Source: Stegostoma tigrinum (taxonomy: Eukaryota). From it: a DNA stretch of 64,000 nucleotides. Every line of letters starts with the position of its first letter. Position 1 is the stretch's first letter. Below the pieces are notes generated by a model, which had not been told where the DNA came from, searched no databases, and saw nothing but the letters and a program-made list of their open reading frames with translations. Shown in pieces: positions 12,104 through 23,346 of the stretch. The DNA is taken from NCBI RefSeq assembly GCF_030684315.1, contig NC_081358.1, forward strand, positions 2,108,001 through 2,172,000. Direction: 5' to 3'. The translations under genes were made by a program, and so were the position numbers.

Positions 12104-14043
12104 GATAAAATGTGAAGCTGGATGAACACAGCAGGCCAAGCAGCATCTCAGGAGCACAAAAGCTGACGTTTCGGGCCTAGACCCCTCATCAGAGAGGGGA
12201 ATGGGGAGAGGGTTCTGGAATAAATAGGGAGAGAGGGGGAGGCAGACCGAAGATGGAGAGAAAAGAAGATAGGTGGAGAGGAGAGTATAGGTGGGGAGGT
12301 AGGGAGGGGATAGGTCAGTCCAGGGAAGACGGACAGGTCAAGCAGGTGGGATGAGGTTAGTAGGTAGGAGATGGAGGTGCGGCTTGAGGTGGGAGGAAGG
12401 GATGGGTGAGAGGAAGAACAGGTTAGGGAGGCAGAGACAGGTTGGGCTGGTTTTGGGATGCAGTGGGGGGAGGGGAAGAGCTGGGCTGGTTTTGGGATGC
12501 AGTGGGGGGAGGGGATGAACTAGGCTGGTTGTGGGATGCGGTGGGGGAAGGGGAGATTTTGAAGCCGATGAAGTCCACATTGATACCATTGGGCTGCAGG
12601 ATTCCCAAGCGGAATATGAATTGCTGTTCTTGCAACCTGCGGGTGGCATCCTTGTGGCACTGCAGGAGGCCCATGATGGACATGTCATCTGAAGAATGGG
12701 AGGGGGAGTTAAAATGGTTCGTGACTGGGAGATGCAGTTGTTTATTGCGAACCAAGCGGAGGTGTTCTGCAAAGGGGTCCCCAAGCCTCCGCTTAGTTTC
12801 CCCAATGTAGAGAAAGCCCAACCGGGTACAATGGATACAGTGTACCACATTGGCGGATGTGCAGGTGAACCTCTGCTTAATATGGAAAGTCATCTTGGGG
12901 CCTGGGATGGCGGTGAGGGAGGAGTTGTGGGGGCAAGTGTAGCACTTCCTGCGGTTGCAGGGGAAGGTGCCAGGTGTGGTGGGGTTAGAGGGCAGTGTGG
13001 AGCGAACAAGGGAGTCACGGAGAGAGTGGTCTCTCCGGAAGGCAGACAAGGGTGGAGATGGAAAAATGTCTTGGGTGGTGGGGTCGGATTGTAGATGGCG
13101 CATGTGTCGGAGTATGATGCATTGTATCTGGAGGTTGGTGGGGTGATGTGTGAGAACGAGGGGGATCCTCTTTGGGCGGTTGTGGCGGGGGCGGGGTGTG
13201 AGGGATGTGTTGCGGGAAATGCGGGAGACGCGGTCAACGACGTTCTCGACCACTGTGGGGGTAAAGTTGCGGTCCTTGAAGAACGTGGACATCTGGGATG
13301 TGCGGGAGTGGAATGCCTCATCCTGGGAGCAGATGCGGCGGAGGAATTGGGAATAGGGTTGGAATTTTTGCAGGAGGGTGGGTGGGAGGAGGTGTATTCT
13401 AGGTAGCTGTGGGAGTCAGTGGGCTTGAAATGGACATCAGTAACTAGCTGGTTGCCTGAGATGGAGACTGAGAGGTCCAGGAAGGTGAGGGATGTGTTGG
13501 AGATGTCCCAGGTGAACTTGAGGTTGGGGTGGTAGGTGTTGGTGAAGTGGATGAACTGTTCGAGCTCCTCTGGGGAGCAAGAGGCGGCGCCGATACAAGC
13601 ATCAATGTAACGGAGGAAGAGGTGGGGTTTGGGGCCTGTGTAGGTGTGGAAGAGGGACTCTTCCACGTAACCTACAAAGAGGCAGGCAGGGGCCCAAGCG
13701 GGTGCCCATGGCCACCCCCTTTGTCTGTAGGAAGTGGGAGGAATCGAAAGAGAAGTTGTTGAGGGTGAGGACGAGTTCCGTCTCCCCTGGACTGACCTAT
13801 CCCCTCCCTACCTCCCCACCTATACTCTCCTCTCCACCTATCTTCTTTTCTCTCCGTCTTCGGTCCGCCTTCCTCTCTCTCCCTATTTATTCCAGAACCC
13901 TCTCCCCATCCCCCTCTCTGGTGAAAGGTCTAGGCCCGAAATGTCAGCTTTTGTGCTCCTGAGATGCTGCTTGGCCTGCTGTGTTCATCCAGCTCCACAC
14001 TTTGTTATCTTGGATTCTCCAGCATCTGCAGTTCCCATTATCT
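12104..14043 (-). mobile_element. Penelope-like retroelement, family A, 5'-truncated, RT C-terminus plus GIY-YIG endonuclease, inverted pseudo-LTRs
   Basis: Minus ORFs 12890..13666 (FLRYIDACIG, LTFLDLSV, KPTDSHSYL) and 12423..13292 (CNRRKCYTC, NVVHCIHC...YIGETKRRL), frameshifted. Inverted ~230 bp repeats at 12104-12333 and 13777-14009. TSD CTAATTTTGCTCTAA at 12089-12103 and 14044-14058. Confidence 0.93.
12161..12196 (-). ncRNA. Minimal hammerhead ribozyme motif in the 3' pseudo-LTR of the Penelope element
   Basis: Minus strand reads ct-CTGATGA-gGGGTCTAGGCCC-GAAAC-GTC-ag, with an intact core. Confidence 0.7.
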
Positions 14044-14068
14044 CTAATTTTGCTCTAATTTACCTTAG

Positions 14069-14156
14069 GTACCATATATCTAGTCTTTTTGAAAATAATC
14101 GACATTTCTCTCACCTTTCAACGCTAGAAAGGGAAATGGCTTTTCGCACAGAGATG
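14069..14156 (+). CDS. dpy19l1l: DPY19L1-like exon 3 ([29 protein letters not shown])
   Basis: CCTTAG acceptor, ATG|GTAAGC donor; near-invariant DPY19 motif. Confidence 0.96.
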
Positions 14157-14209
14157 GTAAGCATTTGAGCTATATTATTGATGAAACCCAGGGCCTGCAG
14201 TATAACTAG

Positions 14210-14349
14210 GATAATAAAGTGTGAAGCTGGATGAACACAGCAGGCCACGCAGCATCTCAGGAGCACAGGATGCTGCTTGGCCTGCTGTGTTCATCCAGCT
14301 TCACACTTTATCATCTTGGATTCTCCAGCATCTGCAGTTCCCATTATCC
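14210..14349. mobile_element. Fold-back mini Penelope insertion (family A pseudo-LTR ends in inverted orientation plus tail)
   Basis: 14210-14255 is the reverse complement of ~14269-14316; tail TGGATTCTCCAGCATCTGCAGTTCCCATTATC; TSD CTGCAGTATAACTAG / CTGCTGTATAACTAG at 14195-14209 and 14350-14364. Confidence 0.85.
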
Positions 14350-15358
14350 CTGCTGTATAACTAGCCTACCTAACATCAACTAGCCAGATGAGTCTGCTAA
14401 ATGGCAGTCAAGGTATTAGGTAACGAATGTGGTGTTCTGAATTTGAAATTGCCATTGACTGACCTCATTTCTAGCCCTATTAGTCTCCGCCATTCTGCTA
14501 AATTATATTCGGTTTCTGTAAAGGAGGCCACTTTGTCACGTTCAAGACCCCTGCATTTTGCTCCTACTGCAGGAAAATTGTGCTTGTGAAATATGGAAAG
14601 TTGTAAAAAACAATTTTGCATCCTTAAAGTTGCATTTGGAGATTGATGTGACAACATGATTTTTTATAATTAAAATAGAGAAACTGATTATTGGTGACTC
14701 CCCCTTGTGGTTTGATCTTCTGCTTGAATTGAGTGTTGTGTGTACAGATCCTTTTGCTTTCGGTGTACTGCTATTTGTTGCTGCTATTTATGCTAACACT
14801 TGCTGTGTTCTTCACTATTCATATATTTGTAATCCTTGAAAATGGAAGCAGTTTACTTCATTATTCACTCAGTTGAAGTATGGTACTGTGGCAAAGACCC
14901 ATTAATGGAACTGAGTAAATGGGAGCTTGCTGTTGGCAGTTCTAATCATCAGCTAATTCTAATGGTGTTGAAATTGGCTTTTCTTCTCATCAGGTGCCAG
15001 GGAAGAATATGTCCAAGAACATTAACTGGGGAAGATTAACATATAGAAGCCTGATTGAGTCTGAAAATGTTTAGGGGCATTCAGCTTTTATTGATCTCTA
15101 TGGGCAAAGGCAGAAGAGCCAAGAACAGTAAAGTCCACTGTGGGTGCTGTGATGTACAGCTGTCCCAGATTGTCATGTGCAAACCTCTGCTACAGTTGGA
15201 CAGAAAGTGATAGCACAGCTGTGATGGCAGTTTGTAAGGATGTATGCAATGTATGTCTATCCAACCTTCTTGAACAGAGGCTGTCCATCGTCTGTTGATT
15301 TAATAATGAAATCTGTTTATGTTGGGGAAAAAAAACCATATGAAATTCAGCAATGCTG

Positions 15359-15650
15359 TTAGACAGCACCTTCCAAAATCATGACCGTTATTATCTGGAA
15401 GGACAAAGGCAGCAGAAACATGATAATGCCACCACCTGCAAGTTCCCTCCAAGTCAATCATCATTCCTTCAGGCCCTTCATCTGTGTCAAAGTCTTGGAA
15501 TTCCCATCTTAATGCCTTTATGGGTCTACCTACAGCACGTGACTGCAGTGGTTCAAGAAGGCAGCTCACCAAAACCTTTTCAGAGGTAACTAGAGATGGG
15601 CAGTAAAGGCTGACTAAACCGGCAATGCCTACATCACATGAATGAATTTT
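15359..15650 (+). mobile_element. 3' end of the CR1/L2-type LINE family
   Basis: Collinear with 24760-25035 and 34025-34340 (CACCACCTGCAAGTTCCCTCCAAG...GACTGCAGTGGTTCAAGAAGG). Confidence 0.7.
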
Positions 15651-15934
15651 TAATAAGCTGTGGTTTTAAAAAATAAGGAGAGATTTACAGTTTTTCAGTC
15701 CTTCTAAAACAGTGAAAATGTTAAAAGCTATAGTTCTGGAAGGAGGGGCGATTAAATGGAATAGTCAGGAAATTATTACCGAATTGAAAATTTGTAGCTT
15801 TGTAGGAAGTACTCTATCCATAGTATCCTGATGGATCCTTTTGGAAAGGAGTATGATCTTTTGGCACTTTGTTTGTTTAGGGAACAATCTACCTCTATAA
15901 TGTAATGCTTTGTAAAATTGTTGTCTTGTTCTAG

Positions 15935-16072
15935 GGCTTGTATTATTCTTTCTTTAAGACCATCATTGAAGCACCTTCATATTGTGAAGGTTTAAGTAAC
16001 ATCATGAATGATCGGTTGACTGAATATCCTTTGGTTATCAACACCTTGAAGCGATTCAACCTTTATCCAGAG
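15935..16072 (+). CDS. dpy19l1l: DPY19L1-like exon 4 ([15 protein letters not shown]...[10 protein letters not shown])
   Basis: TTCTAG acceptor, GAG|GTAGGT donor; 46 codons; overlaps ORF 15938..16180. Confidence 0.96.
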
Positions 16073-16486
16073 GTAGGTTATCTGCTGACACCTGATTTCA
16101 ATCCAGAGCCAATATTACATCAATCAATTCAGCAGGACAAACATGTAAATAGGCAAAGTGACAATGGTGAGAAAATTTAGATGTTCTTTTATTGCCTCCC
16201 TGCGCTGTATTCTCTCTGCGGTCTCCTCAGCCTCACCAATTCCACAAACTAACTGATTCAGAACTCTTCTGAGAATCACCTTTTGTGCTAGATCTTGTGA
16301 AACCTTCACGCTTGTCATCTTATCTCCAAAAACTGCAGTAACAAGCTAGTTTCTGTGCTTACATCTTATTGATGCATACCCACAATGTTCTGACTGTTAG
16401 TTTCATTGTGATTGGGCAAAACAGTATTGCAGAGATGTTGTTGCAGATGAAATTGACAAATTTGGGAGATTTCAGGTGCACAGGTA

Positions 16487-18111
16487 ATAAAGAAACAAAG
16501 AAACCTACAGCACAGGAACAGGCCCTTCGGCCCTCCAAGCCTTCGGCGATCAAGATCCTCTGTCTAACCTGTCATCTATTTTCTAACGGTCTGTGTCCAT
16601 TTGCTCCCTGTCCAAATATACCTTAAAAGACGCTAACCTGTCTGCGTCTACCACCTCTGCTGACAACGCGTTCCAGGCGCCCACCACCCTCTGTGTAAGG
16701 AACTTTCCATGCATACCTCCCTTTAAACTTTCCTCCTCTCACTTTGAACTCATGACCCCTAGTAATTGAGTCCCCCACTCTGGGGAAAAAGCTTTTTTGC
16801 TATCCACCCTATCTATACCCCTCATGATTTTGTAGACCTCAATCTCCGTCTTTCTAATGAAAATAATCCTAATCTATTCAACCTTTCTTCACAGCTAGCA
16901 CCCACCATACCAGGCAACATCCTAGTGAACCTCCTCTGCACCCTCTCCAAAGCATCCACATCCTTTTGGTAATGTGGCAACCAGAACTGTACACAGTACT
17001 CCAAATGTGGCCGAACCAAAGTCCTATACAACTGCAGCATGACCTGCCAACTCTTGTACTCAATACCCCGCCCAATGAAGGAAAGCATGCCATATGCCTT
17101 TTTGACCACCCTATTGACCTACGTTGTCACCTTCAGGGAACAGTGGACCTGAACACCCAGATCTCTCTGTTCATCAATTTTCCTTAGGACTTTTCCATTT
17201 ACTGTATAGTTCGCCCTTGAATTTGATCGTCCAAATTGCATCACCTCGCATTTGCCTGGATTGAACTCCATCTGCCATTTATCTGCCCAACTCTCCAGTC
17301 TATCTATATTCTGCTGTAATTTCCGACAGTCCCCTTCACTATCAGCTACTCCACCAATCTTAGTGTCATCAGCAAACTTGCTGATCAGACCACCTACACC
17401 TTCCTCCAGATCATTTACATATATCACAAACAACAGTGGTCCCAGCACAGATCCCAGTGGAACACCACTAGTTACAGATCTCCAATTTGAGAAACCCCCT
17501 TCTACTACGACCCTCTGTCTCCTGTTGCCCAGCCAGTTTTTTATCCATCTAGCTAGCACACCCTGGACCCCACATGACTTCACTTTCTCCATCAGCCTGC
17601 CATGGGGAACCTTATCAAACACCTTACTGAAGTCCATGTATATGACATCTACAGCCTTTCCCTCATCAATCAACTTTGTCACGTCCTCAAAGAATTCTAT
17701 TAAGTGGGTAAGACATGGCCTTCCCTATACAAAACCATGTTGCCTATCACTGATAAGCCCATTTTCTTCCAAATGGGAATAGATCCTATCCCTCAGTATC
17801 TTCTCCAGTAGCTTCCCTACCACTGACGTCCAGCTCATCGGTCGATAATTACCTGGATTATCCTTGCTGCCCTTCTTAAACAAGGGGACAACATTAGCAA
17901 GTCTCCAGTCCTCCGGGACCTCACCCGTGTCTAAGGACGCTGCAAAGATATCTGTTAGAGCCCCGGCTATTTCCTCTCTCGCTTCCCTCAGTAACCTGGG
18001 ATAGATCCCATCCGGACCTGGGGACTTGTCCACCTTAATGCCTTTTAGGATACCTAACACTTCCTCCTTCCTTATGTCAACTTGACCTAGACTAAGCAAA
18101 CATCTATCCCT
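16487..18111 (-). mobile_element. CR1 (HER1-like) LINE, 5'-truncated, RT domain and 3' end
   Basis: Minus ORFs with KSPGPDGIYP, NYRP, DFSKVFDKVPH, P.GSVLGP, KFADDTK, LYRTLVRPHLEYC; few stops; short repeat tail at 16487-16505. Confidence 0.95.
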
Positions 18112-18712
18112 AATGATCGTTTATTTCATTTGCATATATATGTTGAAGGTCAATCTTATCACTAAGAAGTGTAAAGTTCACTCTGGTGGGTTATAGAACA
18201 CCTTCAAGTATTATATAGATTACAGTGTACATATTAACAATTCCCACACTTCAATATCCATGTGTCTCGCATTATCTTTCTTTCCCACAGCCTTTCATGA
18301 CACTTTCTATTTTACTCAGAGAAAGCTTTCAGATGGTGTGACTTCAATGCAACTAGTGTTGACAATCTAAATGTCTCATTTGTGATTCATTTCTCTGTAC
18401 ATCAGTGGTTTCCACATGCTTTGATAGCATTTTTTTATTACTGATTACATGGTCAATGCTTAAACCTTTAATTAAAGTAACTTCCAACTTTGACTAAAAT
18501 AATACTTATTGCCTCGTTAACAAATGATAATTATGTGTCTCCATCAAATGTCAATTCTCTTTCATGCTTGCATAATAGCTTTATAATAAGTGCTTTATTA
18601 GTTTAAAAACTAGTGTCTTCAGTGCTATTGCTATTGGCAACAATGAGCTGTGACAATTACTTTAAAATTGACACTTGTATGGTGGGGAAACCCTGACTAC
18701 TTCTCTGTATAG

Positions 18713-18833
18713 GTAGTGCTTGGCAGCTGGTATCGTATTTATATTGCTGTGGCAGACTTCCTTGGCATTTCAACAAAAATGTGTTGGCGTGTGGACCGAG
18801 GTAAGGGCTTCAGCCCTGTGGAGAGTTGTGAAG
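18713..18833 (+). CDS. dpy19l1l: DPY19L1-like exon 5 (VVLGSWYRIY...CWRVDRGKGFSPVESCEG)
   Basis: GTATAG acceptor, AAG|GTAAGT donor; conserved CW..RG.G.SP.ESCEG. Confidence 0.95.
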
Positions 18834-18925
18834 GTAAGTTCTGAATGTTCAGATACAGCCTTTATGCACTGTTTTTCAATGTTTGTGTAGGTGGTGATCT
18901 AAAATGTATTTTTTTTATTTGATAG

Positions 18926-19019
18926 GAATGGGAGACCCTGCCTACTTTTATGTAACATTTGTTTTTATTTTAAATGGGCTCATGATGTCGCTATTTTTCC
19001 TCTACGGAACTTACTTGAG
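18926..19019 (+). CDS. dpy19l1l: DPY19L1-like exon 6 (MGDPAYFYVTFVFILNGLMMSLFFLYGTYLS)
   Basis: TGATAG acceptor after a 92-nt intron; AG|GTAAGA donor. Confidence 0.95.
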
Positions 19020-21409
19020 GTAAGAAGATACTGCAGTACAGTTTAAAAAGTGACCATACTGCAAGATGGTTTGCAAGTGGGATTTACATGTTTTTATTTG
19101 CACTGCAAGGCTGGAGTGACACAAGTCATCTAAAAATAAACCAATATCTAGGGACCTTTTGGGCCCAGGCTTTCAAATGGCCATACGAGCCTATGAAAGC
19201 TTCCTAAAAATTCCTGTTAATAAATATCTACAGGCATTAAATGTACAGAAAATGTATCATTACCTTTTGTAAATTGTATTCTGGACATTGCGCGAGTTTG
19301 AATATTGTAAAATTGCATATCTCCTTGCAGCATACGTTACTACAGTGAGTTCTGAATTTGATCATTGCAGATTTTTGAGGCACTTGGAGCATAACTAGCT
19401 TTGTTACTAACTGAAATTTGTTATTCCTGACCTTCTCTTCTTGGTTAAATTCTGCTGTTGATCCAAGATTATTCCTAGCTTAAAACAGCCCATGACTCTC
19501 ACTTGTTTTTCCTTCAACTGTACTCTCTTCTGCCTACCAAGCCTGCCTCTACACCAGACTTTATGGACCTCTTCCTCAAAGACTTCATCTCCCTCACATT
19601 TTCCTTACCACTTTCCCAATCTCCTGATGGTGACCACATCCTCACCACAACTATTCTCTTATCGTGCATCTTCCTTTCACTGTCTATTGTGAAAGAAAAC
19701 CAAACAAATTTTGTGTAGATTTATAATGCAACTAACCTGGCAGGTGCATTTTGCTCTTTTAACATGTTGAATAAGAAAACATTTTTAATGATGTAGAATT
19801 TAAAACTTTGAAAAGTCCAAAAAGCTGAAGGAATCAATTAAGCTGTTTCATTTTTGAAAAACTTTTATTCTTGTTTAATACACTGATTTCAGAAGTAAAT
19901 TTAGGGGATTTTAGTCAGAGGACTTGAAAGGAGGCCATTCAGCCCATCATGCCCGTGCCAGTTCTTTGAAAGAACTATCCAATTCCACTCACGCTGGCCC
20001 CCCTTGCCTCCCTAAAATCATCCTTCAAGATTCTCCTTTTCAAACATGCAATTTCCTTGTAATTGATATTATTGACTTTGCTTTCACCACCCTTTTAGGC
20101 AGCATTTTCCAGATCATCATAACTTTTTAAATCATACTTTTATTTTTATCACATAATGTAGTTCAAGGATTGGAGAAGAAAGTTTCTTTTCTCAGGTCGG
20201 TTAATTTTAACTTTTGAAAGAGTTTAGTCTATGAACTGTTAAGTAATTTGCAAAATGAGAGGAAACCCCAGCATGATTTTGATTACCTGGTGAAAGTTAA
20301 TTCCTTTTCAATGACTCTGGACCCGGAACTCACCCTGTTACTTCCTGTACTGCTAATCTGCTTCTCAGAATGAATTCACTGACCCTGATACATTAGCTTA
20401 TTTATTTAAAATCTCCATTGTATTTAAAAAGAAGCTCCAGAAAGATTAGGGGAGGCAACACTCTTGGATTTCCCTTTGATCAGGTGCATCTGGTATAATA
20501 ACAATTGACAAAGGTAATATGGAAAATTAACCACGTTGTAAACAAATTAACACAAATTAATCCCCTCACCTTCTGCTTAAAACAAGCGATTCCAGACTGT
20601 AATCTGCTTTTTTAACTTTGAAATGATTGCAACAGAATGTACAGATTTAACTTTATGTATAGAATCATCTTTTGTGATCTGATATTGGTGAAATACACTT
20701 TGTACAGCATAAAATGTGAATACATCAAATAATTAAGGTTCACATTATGACTTAAGTAGTACTTGGATCGCAAAGTGTATCTCTCTGGAAATATTTTTTC
20801 TTTTAAGTGTAAAAGTTTAGTCTCTATTATTCTGTGGAAAATGCAGTAGCCAGTTTGCACTCTGTGACCTCTGCAGGAAATCAATCTGTGTATAAAATGT
20901 AAACATTTCCTTGCTGCAAGGTGAATGAAAGGAAGATTATATGAAAATAGGTCATTTTTTTTTCTGCATGGGATCAATGCCTCAGCTGTGGTATGCCTGA
21001 TGATGAGTATTCCTTGACATTGATGCTGAAGTTAACCTAGCTCATGGTTTAAATTGTATGCAGTGATTTCTATATGGAATGAATTGAATCTGTTTTTGAG
21101 TTAGCTAGGGCTGATATTTTTAGCTCCACCAGGGGGTGCTCCTCCTGTTTTATCAATCCAGGATCGTAACATCACTGAGAAATATAGCTCTTTTTATCCT
21201 TTTTTAGTGACTTGAAAGTAGTTTTTTTTAAACTTTAAGCTGAATGTTATGATTTGTGCACTCCATTCAGCTCCCTCTGTGAGCATTAATCTTCTCTAGC
21301 TTGATAATGTTTATTGCACCCTCAACTTGTTCATGTGTGGTTAGATTTATAAGTACACATCAATATGATATCAGATTACGAGGACTGACAGCAGAAACAT
21401 GCATTGCAC

Positions 21410-22037
21410 AGATAAGACCATAAGACATAGGAGTGGAAATAAGGCCATTCGGCCTATCAAGCCCACTCCGCCATTTAAATCATGACTGATGGGCATTTCA
21501 ACACCACTTCCCTGCACTCTCCCTGTAGCCCTTGATTCCTTTTGAGATCAAGAATTTGTCGATCTCTGCCTTGAAGGCATCCAACGTCCCGGCCTCCACT
21601 GCACTCTGCGGCAATGAATTCCACAAGCCCACCACTCTCTGGCTGAAGAAATGTCGTTTCATTTCAGTTTTAAATTTACCGCCTCTAATTTTAAGGCTTT
21701 GCCCACGGGTCCTAGTCTCCCCACCAAACGGAAACAACTTCCTAGCGTCCACCCCTTCTAAACCATACACTATCTTGTAAGTTTCTATTAGATCTCCCCT
21801 CGACCTTCTAAACTCTAATGAGTACAATCCCAGGATCCTTAGCCGTTCATCATACGTTAAACCTACCATTCCAGGGATCATCCGTGTGAATCTCTGCTGG
21901 ACACGCTCCAGGGCTAGTATGTCCTTCCTGAGGTGTGGGGCCCAAAATTGGACACAGTATTCTAAATGGGGCCTAACTAGAGCCTTATAAAGCCTCAAAA
22001 GCACATTGCTGCTTTTATATTCCAACCCTCTTGAGAT
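21410..22037 (-). mobile_element. CR1 LINE 3' portion, young copy
   Basis: ORF 21498..22106 (LYKALVRPHLEYCVQFWAP...FFSQRVVGLWNSLP) open over the ORF2 C-terminus; tail CTATGTCTTATGGTCTTATC on the minus strand; older CR1 fragment adjacent at ~22100-22385. Confidence 0.93.
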
Positions 22038-23096
22038 GCTTGAGGAGTCTGCAGAGCTGGTTGTATAGTGAGTCATTGAAGCAAAGACTTTTTTTAAAAA
22101 ATGCATACATCATCAATACCCTGAAGCACAACCTCCTACTTTTATATTCAGTTTCCCTCGCAATAAATTGTAATATTCAACAGTATTAGCTTTCCTAATT
22201 ACTTGCTGTATCTACATGTTTAACTTCTTGTGAGTCCTACACTAGAATACCCAGAACCCTCTGCACCTTTCAAGGCCTGCAATTTCTCACCATTTGGATA
22301 GTATAGCTTTTTATTCTTCATACCAAAATTGACAATTTCACATTTTCCCATATTATATTCCATTTTACAGATCTTTGTCCACTTATTTAAACATGAGCAA
22401 GGAAACTTCCTGCTGATTACCATTTTCCCTCAACTGATGAATCAGTATTCCTGTGTTGAGCAACATTTAGATGAAGCACTGACGATGACAAAAACTCAAA
22501 ATATACTCTGGGTGGGGGATTTCAATGTCTACTACCAAGAGTGGTCCGGCAGCAGTATTACTGATCGAGCTGGTCAAGTCCTACGGGACATAGCTGCTAG
22601 ACTGGGTATGCGGCAGGTGGTGAGGGAACCAACAAGAGGGGAAAAACATACTTGACTTCATCCTTGCTAACCTGCCATCTGCAGATTCACCTGTCCATGA
22701 CAGTTTCGGTAAGAGTGACCACTGCACAGCCCTTGTGGAGATGAAGTCCCACCTTCACGTTGAGAATAACCTCCATTGTGTTGTGTGGCACTATCACTGC
22801 GTTAAATGGGAAAGACTTCAAACAGATGTAGCAACTCAGGACTGGGCAGGGCACCCATGAGGTGCCATCAACAGCAGCAGAATTATGCTCCAACACAATC
22901 TGTAACCTCATGGCCCAGCATATCCCCCACTCAACCATTACCATCAGTCCTGGTTCAATAGAGAGTGCAGGAGGGTATACCTGAAGATGAGGTGTCAACT
23001 TGGTGAAATGATTAAACAGGTCTACTTGCATGCCAAACAGTGAAAGCAGCAAGTGATAGAGCTAAGGGATTCCACAACCAACAGATCTGATCTAAG

Positions 23097-23346
23097 GAAC
23101 AAAAACAAAGTTGCTCGAAAAGCTCAACAGGTCTGGCAGCATCTGTGAAGGAGAAAAAAGTTAATGTTTCGGGTCAGTAACCCTTCCTCCGACCCTCAGT
23201 TCTGAGGAAAGGTCACTGGACCCGAAACGTTAACTCTTTTTTTCTTTTCTCCTCCACAGATGCTGCCAGATCTGCTGAGCTTTTCCAGCAACTTTGTTTT
23301 TATTCCTGATTTACAGCAGCCGCTGTTCTTCTTTTGGTTCTTTTCT
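23097..23346. mobile_element. Fold-back mini Penelope insertion, family B, with hammerhead motif
   Basis: 23097-23188 is the reverse complement of ~23204-23305; extra tail to 23346; TSD AGATCTGATCTAAG / AGATCAGATCTAAG at 23083-23096 and 23347-23360. Confidence 0.85.
23197..23235 (+). ncRNA. Minimal hammerhead ribozyme motif (family B), sense to the host pre-mRNA
   Basis: agtt-CTGAGGA-aaGGTCactgGACCc-GAAAC-GTT-aact; helix I is agtt/aact. Confidence 0.65.

Noticed and set aside
12338-13666. Penelope ORFs as an intact or domesticated gene
   Set aside because: The element is 5'-truncated and frameshifted, and the RT catalytic motif reads YIDA instead of YIDD. The family B copy at 34755-36571 also has stops.
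13734-14168. 144-aa ORF fusing pseudo-LTR sequence to exon 3
   Set aside because: It is chance read-through from the repeat into the exon frame, starting at a non-ATG codon; the true acceptor is at 14068.
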